The notes under the pieces are model-generated. The model was not told the origin of the DNA. It did not search any database and worked only from the letters and a program-made list of their open reading frames with translations. A DNA stretch of 63,996 bases, the filler included. It is 5 parts of 5 records of this genome, joined end to end, with 100 filler letters (N's around TTAATTAATTAA, not from the genome) between each part and the next. Parts side by side here need not be neighbours in the genome. Positions count along the whole stretch, not along the records: positions 1 to 21,340 come from SRR20825010_1423; positions 21,441 to 44,966 come from SRR20825010_1425; 3 more parts are not named here. One strand, written 5' to 3'. Position 1 is the first letter of the stretch; each line of letters begins with the position of its first letter. Shown one piece after another: positions 19,917 through 28,845 of this stretch. Both the position numbers and the translations under genes were made by a program.

Positions 19917-20312
19917 ATGGGATTACAAGAAAAAAGAGCTGCAAAGGCTATAGAAGATCAATATTTAGGAGATTATCAAAAAGAAATTAATGAGGTGGTT
20001 GGTAAAGAATTACCTATAAACATTAATTGGGATACTTTTGAAATGGATTTCATAAAATTTGTTCCTAGTGTATGCTTGCAACGCCTTACTGATGGTTTAA
20101 GAGAAGTTTGTAAAGATGCTATGGGAAAAGAAGCTGTTCAAGAGGTTGTTAACTCTATAAAGGTTTATTGCATTCCAAATGAAGGAGCTGAAGAAAAAAA
20201 GGGACTTAATCTAGAAAACGGTGTGTTTTCTTTAACTGCTTGTTGGGGAGGCCATCACAGTGGATACTTTACAGACTTAGTAATACGCGAATATTTAGAG
20301 AATAACTTATAA
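19917..20312 (+). CDS. Conserved hypothetical protein (MGLxEKRA family)
   Basis: 131 aa with its own promoter and terminator; similar to the C-terminal half of 20503-21192. Confidence 0.8.
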   Translation: MGLQEKRAAKAIEDQYLGDYQKEINEVVGKELPININWDTFEMDFIKFVPSVCLQRLTDGLREVCKDAMGKEAVQEVVNSIKVYCIPNEGAEEKKGLNLENGVFSLTACWGGHHSGYFTDLVIREYLENNL

Positions 20313-20340
20313 AATATAATGACATTATTTTGAGGGGTCA

Positions 20341-20378
20341 AAAAAGCCTTTAAGAAATTCATCTTAAAGGCTTTTTTT
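20341..20378 (+). terminator. Intrinsic terminator (probably bidirectional)
   Basis: AAAAAGCCTTTAAGA-aattca-TCTTAAAGGCTTTTTTT between convergent genes. Confidence 0.85.
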
Positions 20379-20502
20379 CATCAGAATAACATTCCATGTT
20401 AAAACTGTAATCACATTGGCTTAATACAAGTGTTTTTTTGTATTCTTATTTTTTTATATTAATAACTCTATTCTACTAACTACATTAGATTCTTACTTAA
20501 TT

Positions 20503-21192
20503 TTATAAATGAGCTTCTATTTGTTCTTGTAATTGGATTGCATTTGGAAAACTTCTAAATACTTTAGAAGTGTCTATTGTAATAAAAAGTACACCTTCTA
20601 CTATTCTAGTTTTATTCTCTTTAGCTAGATTAAATTCAATTTTTGAAACTGAAGTTATAAAAGCTTCTTTAGCCAATGAATCTGAAGCTATTCTAGAAAT
20701 TGTTTCTTTGAGTAAAACTAATACTTTTAATGCATAATATTTCCCTGTATCTTCTGGTGTATTCTTATCATTATAAACTATGGAAATTTCTTTATCTATA
20801 ATAGACTTTACTACTAACTCTAAATCTTTGATATCTTTTTTTAGCTGAAGTATAGTTGGTATTTCTTCATCTTCAGGAATGAAAGGAATTTTTCCGTCAG
20901 ATAAAAGGTAGGCATATTTATTAATGTTACTTATTGAAATTGAAGAAATAGCATGAGCTGATATGTAATTAAATTGAGCCTTCCCGTCAAATAAATCACA
21001 TAATAAAATTGCTTTCTTGTCAGAATCATAATTCACAAAAAAACCAGAAGTACTATCTAAATTCATACTAATGGTAACTTGTGGCATTTGTGGTCTTTCC
21101 TTATCTCTTTCTATAGCTGCAATCTCTAGAAGCATTTCTAAAACTTGATTATTATCTAATACTGGTAATTGGAGCATTGTTTTAAAATCCAT
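20503..21192 (-). CDS. Two-domain hypothetical protein; C-terminal domain paralogous to 19917-20312
   Basis: 229 aa; LKETISRIASDSLAKEAFITSVSKIEF vs LTDGLREVCKDAMGKEAVQEVVNSIKV. Confidence 0.75.
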   Translation of the reverse strand: MDFKTMLQLPVLDNNQVLEMLLEIAAIERDKERPQMPQVTISMNLDSTSGFFVNYDSDKKAILLCDLFDGKAQFNYISAHAISSISISNINKYAYLLSDGKIPFIPEDEEIPTILQLKKDIKDLELVVKSIIDKEISIVYNDKNTPEDTGKYYALKVLVLLKETISRIASDSLAKEAFITSVSKIEFNLAKENKTRIVEGVLFITIDTSKVFRSFPNAIQLQEQIEAHL

Positions 21193-21217
21193 ATTTACTT
21201 TAATTTAAGTTTAATTA

Positions 21218-21264
21218 CAAAGTTGGCGCAATGCACTACATTTTAAGTAACCAATTTCAGTGAT
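21218..21264 (-). promoter_or_regulatory. Operator-like box (21247-21264) plus -7-like element (21225-21218)
   Basis: Minus strand ATCACTGAAATTGGTTAC, 21-nt gap, CAACTTTG. Confidence 0.6.
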
Positions 21265-21340
21265 ATTTAGATTTGGCTTATGTACAGTAGAAAAATGAGA
21301 AGATTATAATATTCTTATGCTAGCTACCCTAAAAATTAAC

Positions 21341-21440
21341 NNNNNNNNNNNNNNNNNNNNNNNNNNNNNNNNNNNNNNNNNNNNTTAATTAATTAANNNN
21401 NNNNNNNNNNNNNNNNNNNNNNNNNNNNNNNNNNNNNNNN
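21341..21440. other. Artificial contig spacer
   Basis: 44 N + TTAATTAATTAA (stops in all frames) + 44 N. Confidence 0.99.
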
Positions 21441-21441
21441 T

Positions 21442-21507
21442 GGACTGTACTGGCACTTTGTGGATTTGGTTTGGGTATTTGTATTTACCTTCTTCTACTT
21501 GGTATAG
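21442..21507 (+). CDS. Cytochrome c oxidase subunit III, 3' fragment
   Basis: GLYWHFVDLVWVFVFTFFYLV* is the COX3 C-terminal signature. Confidence 0.9.
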   Translation, partial: GLYWHFVDLVWVFVFTFFYLV

Positions 21508-21563
21508 TTCTGGGAAAAATAAAATTTAGAATTAAAAGAATACTTAAAAAAATAGAATTAGAA

Positions 21564-21947
21564 ATGGCACACGAACATAAACTGGAAATATTTAGAGGTC
21601 TGTTGAAGTTTAAGTCCAACACCCAAAAAATATGGGGAGTACTTATATTCCTTACTTTGGTTACCATAGTTGAGGTGGCATTGGGGATTTTAAAACCTGC
21701 TGCGTTGACTCATTCATATTTCCTTGGAATGAAAGTCTTGAATTGGATTTTTATCATATTAACCTTGGTAAAGGCCTATTATATTGCTTGGGACTTTATG
21801 CACCTTAGGGATGAAAGGAGTTCTTTGAGAAGGGCTATTGTATGGACCCCAATATTCCTTGTGGCCTACCTTATTTTTATTCTTCTCTTTGAAGCGGATT
21901 ATATATACCACGTGTATAGCGATGGCTTCGTTAAGTGGAATTTCTAA
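21564..21947 (+). CDS. Cytochrome c oxidase subunit IV family protein
   Basis: Start at MAHEH (21564); TM helices; KAYYIAWDFMHL motif; follows COX3. Confidence 0.88.
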   Translation: MAHEHKLEIFRGLLKFKSNTQKIWGVLIFLTLVTIVEVALGILKPAALTHSYFLGMKVLNWIFIILTLVKAYYIAWDFMHLRDERSSLRRAIVWTPIFLVAYLIFILLFEADYIYHVYSDGFVKWNF

Positions 21948-21963
21948 CGAATAATTAACAGCT

Positions 21964-21993
21964 AAAAAAGACGGTATAACAACCGTCTTTTTT
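21964..21993 (+). terminator. Intrinsic terminator
   Basis: AAAAAAGACGGT-ataaca-ACCGTCTTTTTT. Confidence 0.8.
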
Positions 21994-22082
21994 ATTTTTG
22001 CACTTATTCGGTTTGCACTGATTTTGCGGCGTTAGAATGTTTTTTCTTTAAAAGTCTAACGTTGGAAACTAATAGATATTAG

Positions 22083-22715
22083 ATGAAGAAAACATTAGTA
22101 CTTGTTACCTTATTTGTACTGCCTATAGTAATATATTTATTTTTTGCTTCTGGTATTACAAACTTTGGCAAATTGGCAACTTTAACGGAGAATGTTTCTG
22201 AAATTGATTTTGCGGCCAAGGATGTATCCTTGGCGGGTAAAATTACCGTGTTGGGGTTTCTTGGGAAAGACGTGGAAAGCAAAAAAGGCAATGCCTTTAA
22301 TTTGAACCAGAAGATATATAAGCGCTTTAACGAGTTTAACGATTTTCAATTTGTTATGGTGATGCCCAAAGGTACGGAGCAGGGCGTGGAAGAATTGAAA
22401 AAGGAGCTGGAGCAATTGGCAGATGTGGGCAAATGGAATTTTGTGTATGGCGATGAAGATGAAATTAATGCACTTTTTGGAAGTTTAAAGACAAACCTGA
22501 GCTTGGATGGGAATTTGAGTACTCCTTTCGTGTTTATTATTGATAAGGATAGGGTGCTTAGGGGAAGGGATGATGATGAGGATGAGGGTGTCAAATATGG
22601 TTTCGATACCTCCTCGGTGGCGGATTTAAACAATAAGATGGAAGATGATATAAAAATTATACTGGCCGAATATAGGATGGCCCTTAAAAAGAACAATGCA
22701 GATAGGCCAAAATAA
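22083..22715 (+). CDS. Membrane-anchored thioredoxin/SCO-like protein lacking the cysteine motif
   Basis: N-terminal anchor; FVFIIDKDRVLRGR parallels the SCO C-terminal strand; cox operon context. Confidence 0.75.
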   Translation: MKKTLVLVTLFVLPIVIYLFFASGITNFGKLATLTENVSEIDFAAKDVSLAGKITVLGFLGKDVESKKGNAFNLNQKIYKRFNEFNDFQFVMVMPKGTEQGVEELKKELEQLADVGKWNFVYGDEDEINALFGSLKTNLSLDGNLSTPFVFIIDKDRVLRGRDDDEDEGVKYGFDTSSVADLNNKMEDDIKIILAEYRMALKKNNADRPK

Positions 22716-23443
22716 TGCAAAAAAATAATTATACATATGTTTGGGTTTCATTGGTAATCCTAGTTTTTGGAATCATTTTTGTCCCAAAAATTGTTGATCG
22801 GGTACAAGGTGGTTCCGTTACACAAAATGATAGGTTAAACCTAAAAGAGGCCAACGATAAGCTGGCATATGTTGAAATGAACGGTGAAAGGCGTAAAGTG
22901 CCGCCATTTGCCTTTAGGGATCAAGACAGTCTGTTGATTACCAACGACGATTATAAGGGGAAGGTTTATCTGGTAGAATTCTTTTTTACTACCTGTCCTA
23001 CAATTTGTCCCATAATGAACAAAAATTTGGTTCAGATTCAAAATGAATTTAAGGATTTTGAAAATTTTGGGGTGGCTTCATTTACTATAAACCCGGAATA
23101 TGATACACCGGGGGTGTTGAAGGAATATGCCGAAGATTATGGTATAGCCAACATGGACTGGCATTTGCTAACGGGGAATTTAAATGATATTTATACCTTG
23201 GCCAATACCGGATTCAGTATTTTTGCCGCTGAAGTTCCGGATGCGGAAGGCGGGTTTGAACATTCAGGTCTTTTTGCATTGGTCGACAAAAATGGTTACA
23301 TACGTTCCAGGGTGGATAAGTTTGGAAATCCAATTGTCTATTACAGGGGGACCATTACCGAGCAGGAAGGGGAAAATGACCATGGGGAGGAAGAACAGAT
23401 ATCGATTCTAAAAGAGGATATTAAAAAATTATTGGTAGAATAA
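22715..23443 (+). CDS. SCO family copper chaperone
   Basis: FFFTTCPTICP (CxxxC), conserved His in FEHSG, LVDKNGYIR. Confidence 0.93.
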   Translation: MQKNNYTYVWVSLVILVFGIIFVPKIVDRVQGGSVTQNDRLNLKEANDKLAYVEMNGERRKVPPFAFRDQDSLLITNDDYKGKVYLVEFFFTTCPTICPIMNKNLVQIQNEFKDFENFGVASFTINPEYDTPGVLKEYAEDYGIANMDWHLLTGNLNDIYTLANTGFSIFAAEVPDAEGGFEHSGLFALVDKNGYIRSRVDKFGNPIVYYRGTITEQEGENDHGEEEQISILKEDIKKLLVE

Positions 23444-23976
23444 TGGATACAATTGCTTTAAAAGAAAAAAAATTCAATAAGATCATAAACTTGGTGTCCA
23501 TTGTTATACCCCTTGTAGTGGCGCTGCTCTTTGGGGTTAAATTACCCAATGTGGAACCTCTTGGTTTTTTACCTCCCATATATGCTGCTGTAAATGGTTT
23601 AACAGCTATTTTGTTGGTTGTTGCCGTTCTTGCCGTTAAGAACGGGAAGTTAGGGTTGCATCAAAAATTAATGACCGCTTGTATTGTTCTTTCCTTGGCA
23701 TTTCTAGTGATGTATGTGGCCTATCATATGACCTCGGATTCTACTTCATTTGGAGGGGAAGGAATTGTTAAGTATGTCTATTTCTTTATTTTGGTAACCC
23801 ATATCATTCTTTCTATAGTGATTATACCTTTGGTACTGCGCACCTATGCAAAAGCTTACCTTAAAAATTATGAGGCACATAGGAAACTGGCAAAGATTAC
23901 CTTTCCGTTATGGCTTTATGTTGCCGTTACCGGGGTGGTGGTCTATTTAATGATATCTCCCTATTATGTGCACTAA
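23443..23976 (+). CDS. DUF420 membrane protein
   Basis: Several TM helices; HQKLM, FLVMYVAYH, THIILS, HRKLAKITFPLWLYVAVTG. Confidence 0.9.
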   Translation: MDTIALKEKKFNKIINLVSIVIPLVVALLFGVKLPNVEPLGFLPPIYAAVNGLTAILLVVAVLAVKNGKLGLHQKLMTACIVLSLAFLVMYVAYHMTSDSTSFGGEGIVKYVYFFILVTHIILSIVIIPLVLRTYAKAYLKNYEAHRKLAKITFPLWLYVAVTGVVVYLMISPYYVH

Positions 23977-24013
23977 AAGATCAACATTATATCCAAGACC
24001 TATTAATTTTAAA

Positions 24014-24226
24014 ATGCGGTATACCGTATTGCTTTTAACTTTGGTTTTTTTGTTGGTTCCAGGATTGGCAGAGGCCCAATGCGCCATGTGTCGGGCAGTG
24101 TTGGAAAGTGAAGGAAGTGAAGCTGCCGCCAAGGGTATCAATAATGGTATTGTATATCTTATGGCCATTCCTTATCTATTGGTGGCTGGTTTATTCTTCT
24201 TTATCTATAAAAAGATGAAAGCCTAA
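24014..24226 (+). CDS. Small exported/membrane protein with QCAMC motif
   Basis: Start at MRYTVLL; signal peptide, AQCAMCRA, GINNGIVYLMAIPY TM segment. Confidence 0.75.
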   Translation: MRYTVLLLTLVFLLVPGLAEAQCAMCRAVLESEGSEAAAKGINNGIVYLMAIPYLLVAGLFFFIYKKMKA

Positions 24227-24263
24227 TAGGTGATTAATTTTAACATTTATTTAGAGTTACACC

Positions 24264-24293
24264 TGTAACAATTTCATTTCACAAGGGTCTTAT
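24264..24293 (+). promoter_or_regulatory. Putative ECF sigma promoter
   Basis: TGTAAC-N17-GTCTTAT; identical elements and spacing at 28075-28104. Confidence 0.6.
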
Positions 24294-24314
24294 TCAATAA
24301 ACACTATTGGGCCT

Positions 24315-25562
24315 ATGTTTGATATTGAAAGATGGCAGGAAATTTTTGATGCCATACGGAAAAATAAACTCCGCACTATTCTTACCGGTCTTTCCGTAGC
24401 CTCGGGCATATTTATATTGGTGGTATTATTGGCGTTTGGGCAGGGCATGCAGAATGGCATAGCCAAAGAATTTGAAGCCGATGCCAGTAATAGGATCGGG
24501 GTATGGACACAGGTTACTACCCAGGAATACATGGGCTTAAATCCAGGCAGGCCCATACAGTTGCGAAATAATAATTACCAAGCCATCAATTCCAAATTTG
24601 CCGTAGACCTAGAGAACAGATCCCCGTTTTTTAGGGTAAGAAATGTAACTGTAGATTATAAGGCTGAATCAGGTTCCTATTCCGTACAGGGCGTGTCTCC
24701 CTTATTTCAGAATATCGAAAATCAATTTATTTCCCAAGGCCGATATTTAAATTATGGCGATGAGGAAAACGTTGCCAAGGTAGTGGTGATCAGCAATAAA
24801 ATTAAACGGGAACTGCTTAAAGGGGAAGAAAATCCCATTGGTGCATTTTTGAAACTTTCAGGGATTAATTTTCAGATTATTGGGGTTTATGGGGATAAGG
24901 GTGGCGATAGGGAAGAGGATAGGCTTTTTATTCCGATAAGTACTGCCCAACGGGTTTTTAATGGAAGCGATAACCTAAATATGCTGTTCTATACATTAAA
25001 ACCTTCCGCCAGTTTGGATGAGACTGTTGCAAAGTCCGTAAAATTGACCGAAGATATCAAAACCTATCTTAAAGAAGCGCATATGGTAGCGCCCAATGAC
25101 CCCAGTGCCATTAATACGTTTAATACACTGGAGGCGGTAAAACGATTTCAAAATTTAACGGGCGGGATTAGATTTTTCTTCTGGTTCGTTGGTATATGCA
25201 CTATTGTGGCTGGTGTTGTCGGTGTAAGTAATATTATGATGATTATTGTGAAGGAAAGAACCCGGGAGATAGGGGTAAGAAAGGCTTTGGGTGCAAGGCC
25301 AAGGGCTATTGTGGGCATGATATTGCACGAGGCAATCTTTGTTACCAGTGTTGCAGGATTGGCCGGGTTAATATTTAGCATGGGATTGTTGGAATTTGTG
25401 GGTCCTAACCTACAGGTAGATTATGTCCTTAATCCTTCCATTAATTTCAAGGTGGCACTTGGCACAGTTGTTTTATTGATAATAGCTGGGGCCTTGGCAG
25501 GTTTTTTTCCAGCTTGGCGGGCTGCTACCATTAGACCTATAGAAGCCTTGAGGGATGAATAG
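24315..25562 (+). CDS. MacB-type ABC transporter permease
   Basis: NKLRTILTGL, periplasmic domain, GVSNIMMIIVKERTREIGVRKALGA, PAWRAA...PIEALRDE. Confidence 0.95.
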   Translation: MFDIERWQEIFDAIRKNKLRTILTGLSVASGIFILVVLLAFGQGMQNGIAKEFEADASNRIGVWTQVTTQEYMGLNPGRPIQLRNNNYQAINSKFAVDLENRSPFFRVRNVTVDYKAESGSYSVQGVSPLFQNIENQFISQGRYLNYGDEENVAKVVVISNKIKRELLKGEENPIGAFLKLSGINFQIIGVYGDKGGDREEDRLFIPISTAQRVFNGSDNLNMLFYTLKPSASLDETVAKSVKLTEDIKTYLKEAHMVAPNDPSAINTFNTLEAVKRFQNLTGGIRFFFWFVGICTIVAGVVGVSNIMMIIVKERTREIGVRKALGARPRAIVGMILHEAIFVTSVAGLAGLIFSMGLLEFVGPNLQVDYVLNPSINFKVALGTVVLLIIAGALAGFFPAWRAATIRPIEALRDE

Positions 25563-25589
25563 GACCGTTGTTTAAAATAACCAAAAGAT

Positions 25590-26849
25590 ATGTTCAATAA
25601 GGACCGATGGAAAGAAATACTTGAAGTGCTGACCAGTAACTGGTTCAGGACCATTTTAACGGCATTTGGGGTTTTTTGGGGGATATTGATATTGATCGTT
25701 CTCTTGGCCGCCGGAAAAGGATTGGAGAACGGTATACGGTCCAATTTTGGTGATATAGCAACCAATACGATGTTTATGTGGACCCAAGGAACCTCCATGG
25801 CTTACAAAGGCTTGCCAAAGGGTAGGCGTTTTACATTTAAGTTGGAGGATGTAGACGCCATAAAGCAAAAAGTGCCGGATCTAAGGTTTGTTTCCCCTAG
25901 AAATCAATTGGGAGGTTTTAATGGGGCCAATAATGTGGTGAGGGGAATAAAAACGGGTGCATTTAATGTCTATGGGGATTATCCCGATATTATTAATCAG
26001 GATCCAATGGGCATCACATCAGGCCGATTTATAAACCAATTGGATATAGAAGGAAAAAGAAAGGTGGCGGTAATAGGTGAAGGGGTTCGTGCCAGCTTAT
26101 ATGATGTAGGGGAAGAGGCAATAGGTACCTATATTAAGATACAGGGAGTGAATTTTATGGTTGTTGGAACCTATAAAAAGAATTCCAACGACGGCAACGC
26201 CGAGGAGATCCAAAAGGAAATTTTTATACCCTTTACTTCCTTTTCCCAAGCGTTTAACCAAGCTAATAACGTGGGCTGGATGGCCATCACTGCCGATGAC
26301 AATTCTTCAATCACCCAACTAAAGGAGCAGATATTTACAGTAGTACGGGAAAATCAAAAAATTCATCCCCAAGATTTGCGTGCTATTGGGCATTTTGATC
26401 TGTTTGAGGAGTTTAACAGAGTGCTTGGCCTGTTTAAGGCTATGAGATGGATAGCTTATTTTGTTGGTGTTCTGGTATTGTTGTCCGGTGTAATTGGGGT
26501 TAGCAATATTATGTTGATAGTGGTCAAGGAACGGACCAAGGAAATTGGGATAAGACGGGCCTTGGGCGAAAACCCATGGTCTATTAAACTTCAAATTATT
26601 ATGGAATCTATTTTTTTGACCATTATGTCAGGGATGGCAGGAATCAGTTTTGGGGCCATGGTCATCTACCTCATTAATTATTTTCTGGCGAGCAATGGAC
26701 CCATTGAAATGTTCCTAAATCCCAGTGTAAGTTTAGCGGTGGTAGTTGTGGCCTTGATCATTTTGGTAATATCGGGGTTGTTGGCCGGATTTATACCTGC
26801 GCAGAGCGCTATAAAAATTAAGCCAATAGAGGCGTTGAGAATGGAGTAA
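25590..26849 (+). CDS. MacB-type ABC transporter permease
   Basis: GVSNIMLIVVKERTKEIGIRRALG FtsX-type motif. Confidence 0.95.
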   Translation: MFNKDRWKEILEVLTSNWFRTILTAFGVFWGILILIVLLAAGKGLENGIRSNFGDIATNTMFMWTQGTSMAYKGLPKGRRFTFKLEDVDAIKQKVPDLRFVSPRNQLGGFNGANNVVRGIKTGAFNVYGDYPDIINQDPMGITSGRFINQLDIEGKRKVAVIGEGVRASLYDVGEEAIGTYIKIQGVNFMVVGTYKKNSNDGNAEEIQKEIFIPFTSFSQAFNQANNVGWMAITADDNSSITQLKEQIFTVVRENQKIHPQDLRAIGHFDLFEEFNRVLGLFKAMRWIAYFVGVLVLLSGVIGVSNIMLIVVKERTKEIGIRRALGENPWSIKLQIIMESIFLTIMSGMAGISFGAMVIYLINYFLASNGPIEMFLNPSVSLAVVVVALIILVISGLLAGFIPAQSAIKIKPIEALRME

Positions 26850-26931
26850 TCAAACCTTCATTATGAAACCGTAAAATTTTGAACTAGGAATAACAATATA
26901 AGTAGAAATCAATCAATCAAAAATCAGAAAC

Positions 26932-28044
26932 ATGAAAAAGTCGATTACTGTTATAATTTTAATATTTATCGTTTTTAGCTGTGGTGGGGCATTGTATTAC
27001 CTATATAAAAAGAATGCCGAAGATCCGGTGGTCTATGCAACAGAAAAGCCTTCCACACAGACCATAATAAAGAAGACTGTGGCTACGGGCAGTATACTTC
27101 CTTTGGAAGAGGTGTTGATTAAACCGAATATTTCAGGGGTTATAGAGGAAGTTTTTGTAGAAGGGGGAGACTATGTTAAATCGGGCGATCTTATTGCTAA
27201 GATAAAGGTAGTGCCCAACCTTTCTTCCTTGAACGAGGCCAAGAATACCATAGAAGAAGCCAAGATCTCCCTGGATGACCAAAAGCGCAATTGGGAACGT
27301 CAAAATACCTTGTTCGATAAGGGAGTAATTTCCAAAGTAGATCTGGAAAAGGCAGAGGTTGCCTATGACCAGGCAAAACAAACTTATGCTGCTGCCAATA
27401 AACGCTTTGATATAGTTAAGACAGGAACTACCAAAGGGTACGGCAATGAGGCAAATACTTTGATACGGGCAACGGTTAGCGGAATGGTATTGGAAGTGCC
27501 GGTAGAAGTTGGAAATCAGGTCATAGAATCCAATAATTTTAATGAGGGCACTACAATTGCAGCCATTGCGGACGTAGACAAGATGATTTTTGAAGGCAAG
27601 GTAGACGAATCGGAAGTAGGTAAAATTAAGGAAAATCTACCACTGGAAATAACAGTGGGGGCCATTGAGAATGCGGTGTTCGACGCCGTTTTGGACTATA
27701 TAGCGCCCAAGGGAAAAGTGGAAAATGGTGCCATTCAGTTCGAGATCAAAGGTACCTTAAAGAAGCGCGATTCCATATTTATTAGGGCGGGTCTCAGTGC
27801 CAACGCTTCAATTATACTTGCAAAGGCAGATAGTGTTCTGGCGGTGAAGGAAGCCTTGATCCAATTTGATCCCGATACCAAAAAACCTTTTGTGGAAATC
27901 GCTACTGGGAGCCAGAAATTTGAACGTAGGGAAATTCAATTAGGGGTGAGCGACGGAATCTATATCCAAATTTTAAATGGAATAAAACCCGATGATGAAA
28001 TAAAAGTTTGGAACGAAATAAAACCAGCAGCCCTTGGGGTATAA
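26932..28044 (+). CDS. Efflux periplasmic adaptor (MacA/HlyD family)
   Basis: N-terminal anchor, KPNISGVIEEVFVEGGDYVKSGD lipoyl half, coiled hairpin, IRATVSGMV. Confidence 0.93.
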   Translation: MKKSITVIILIFIVFSCGGALYYLYKKNAEDPVVYATEKPSTQTIIKKTVATGSILPLEEVLIKPNISGVIEEVFVEGGDYVKSGDLIAKIKVVPNLSSLNEAKNTIEEAKISLDDQKRNWERQNTLFDKGVISKVDLEKAEVAYDQAKQTYAAANKRFDIVKTGTTKGYGNEANTLIRATVSGMVLEVPVEVGNQVIESNNFNEGTTIAAIADVDKMIFEGKVDESEVGKIKENLPLEITVGAIENAVFDAVLDYIAPKGKVENGAIQFEIKGTLKKRDSIFIRAGLSANASIILAKADSVLAVKEALIQFDPDTKKPFVEIATGSQKFERREIQLGVSDGIYIQILNGIKPDDEIKVWNEIKPAALGV

Positions 28045-28074
28045 ATTTTTTAACATAGCTTTAACATAACCTGT

Positions 28075-28104
28075 TGTAACGACTTTATCGATTGTCGGTC
28101 TTAT
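28075..28104 (+). promoter_or_regulatory. Putative ECF sigma promoter (second copy)
   Basis: TGTAAC-N17-GTCTTAT upstream of the ABC ATPase. Confidence 0.6.
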
Positions 28105-28143
28105 ATTCGTATTTTCAGGCAAGCTTACCTAATTCAAAAAATC

Positions 28144-28845
28144 ATGATAGAAATTAAAGATCTTCATAAATCCTATAAAATGGGAAGCAATTCCCTTCAT
28201 GTATTAAAAGGCATTAATTTTTCTGTGGAAGAAGGGGAGCTTGTGGCCATTATGGGGTCTTCGGGTTCTGGCAAGTCTACCCTGCTCAATATACTTGGCA
28301 TGTTGGACGTACTGGATGAAGGGTCATATACCTTGGACGGGGTGCCCATTAAAGATCTAAATGAGACCAAGGCGGCACAATACAGGAACAAGTTTTTGGG
28401 GTTTGTTTTCCAATCCTTTAATTTGATCAATTACAAAAGTGCAATGGAAAATGTGGCACTTCCTCTGTATTATCAGAAAGTGGGAAGGAAGGAAAGGCAG
28501 GAAAAGGCTTTAAAATACTTGGAACAAGTGGGCTTAAGGGAATGGGCGGACCATTTGCCAAGTGAATTGTCCGGAGGGCAAAAACAAAGGGTGGCCATAG
28601 CCAGGGCCATGGCAGCTGAGCCCAAAGTATTGTTGGCGGATGAACCTACCGGTGCCTTGGACAGTACCACTTCCTACGAGGTCATGGATCTTATCCAAAA
28701 AATAAACGATGCCGGCAATACCATACTAATAGTTACTCATGAGCCGGACATTGCGGACATGTGCAAGAGAATTGTCCATTTAAAAGACGGGGTTATTGTT
28801 GAGGATAAAAAAATAACCCAGGTTAGAGCCTCCCAATATGTTTAG
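28144..28845 (+). CDS. ABC transporter ATP-binding protein (LolD/MacB type)
   Basis: Walker A GSSGSGKST, LSGGQKQRVAIARA, Walker B LLADEPTG. Confidence 0.97.
   Translation: MIEIKDLHKSYKMGSNSLHVLKGINFSVEEGELVAIMGSSGSGKSTLLNILGMLDVLDEGSYTLDGVPIKDLNETKAAQYRNKFLGFVFQSFNLINYKSAMENVALPLYYQKVGRKERQEKALKYLEQVGLREWADHLPSELSGGQKQRVAIARAMAAEPKVLLADEPTGALDSTTSYEVMDLIQKINDAGNTILIVTHEPDIADMCKRIVHLKDGVIVEDKKITQVRASQYV

Noticed and set aside
21471-21563. N-terminal extension of the COX IV ORF, and similar extensions at 19804, 23966, 33901, 56587 and 59462
   Set aside because: These overlap upstream genes or promoter boxes; downstream ATG starts fit better
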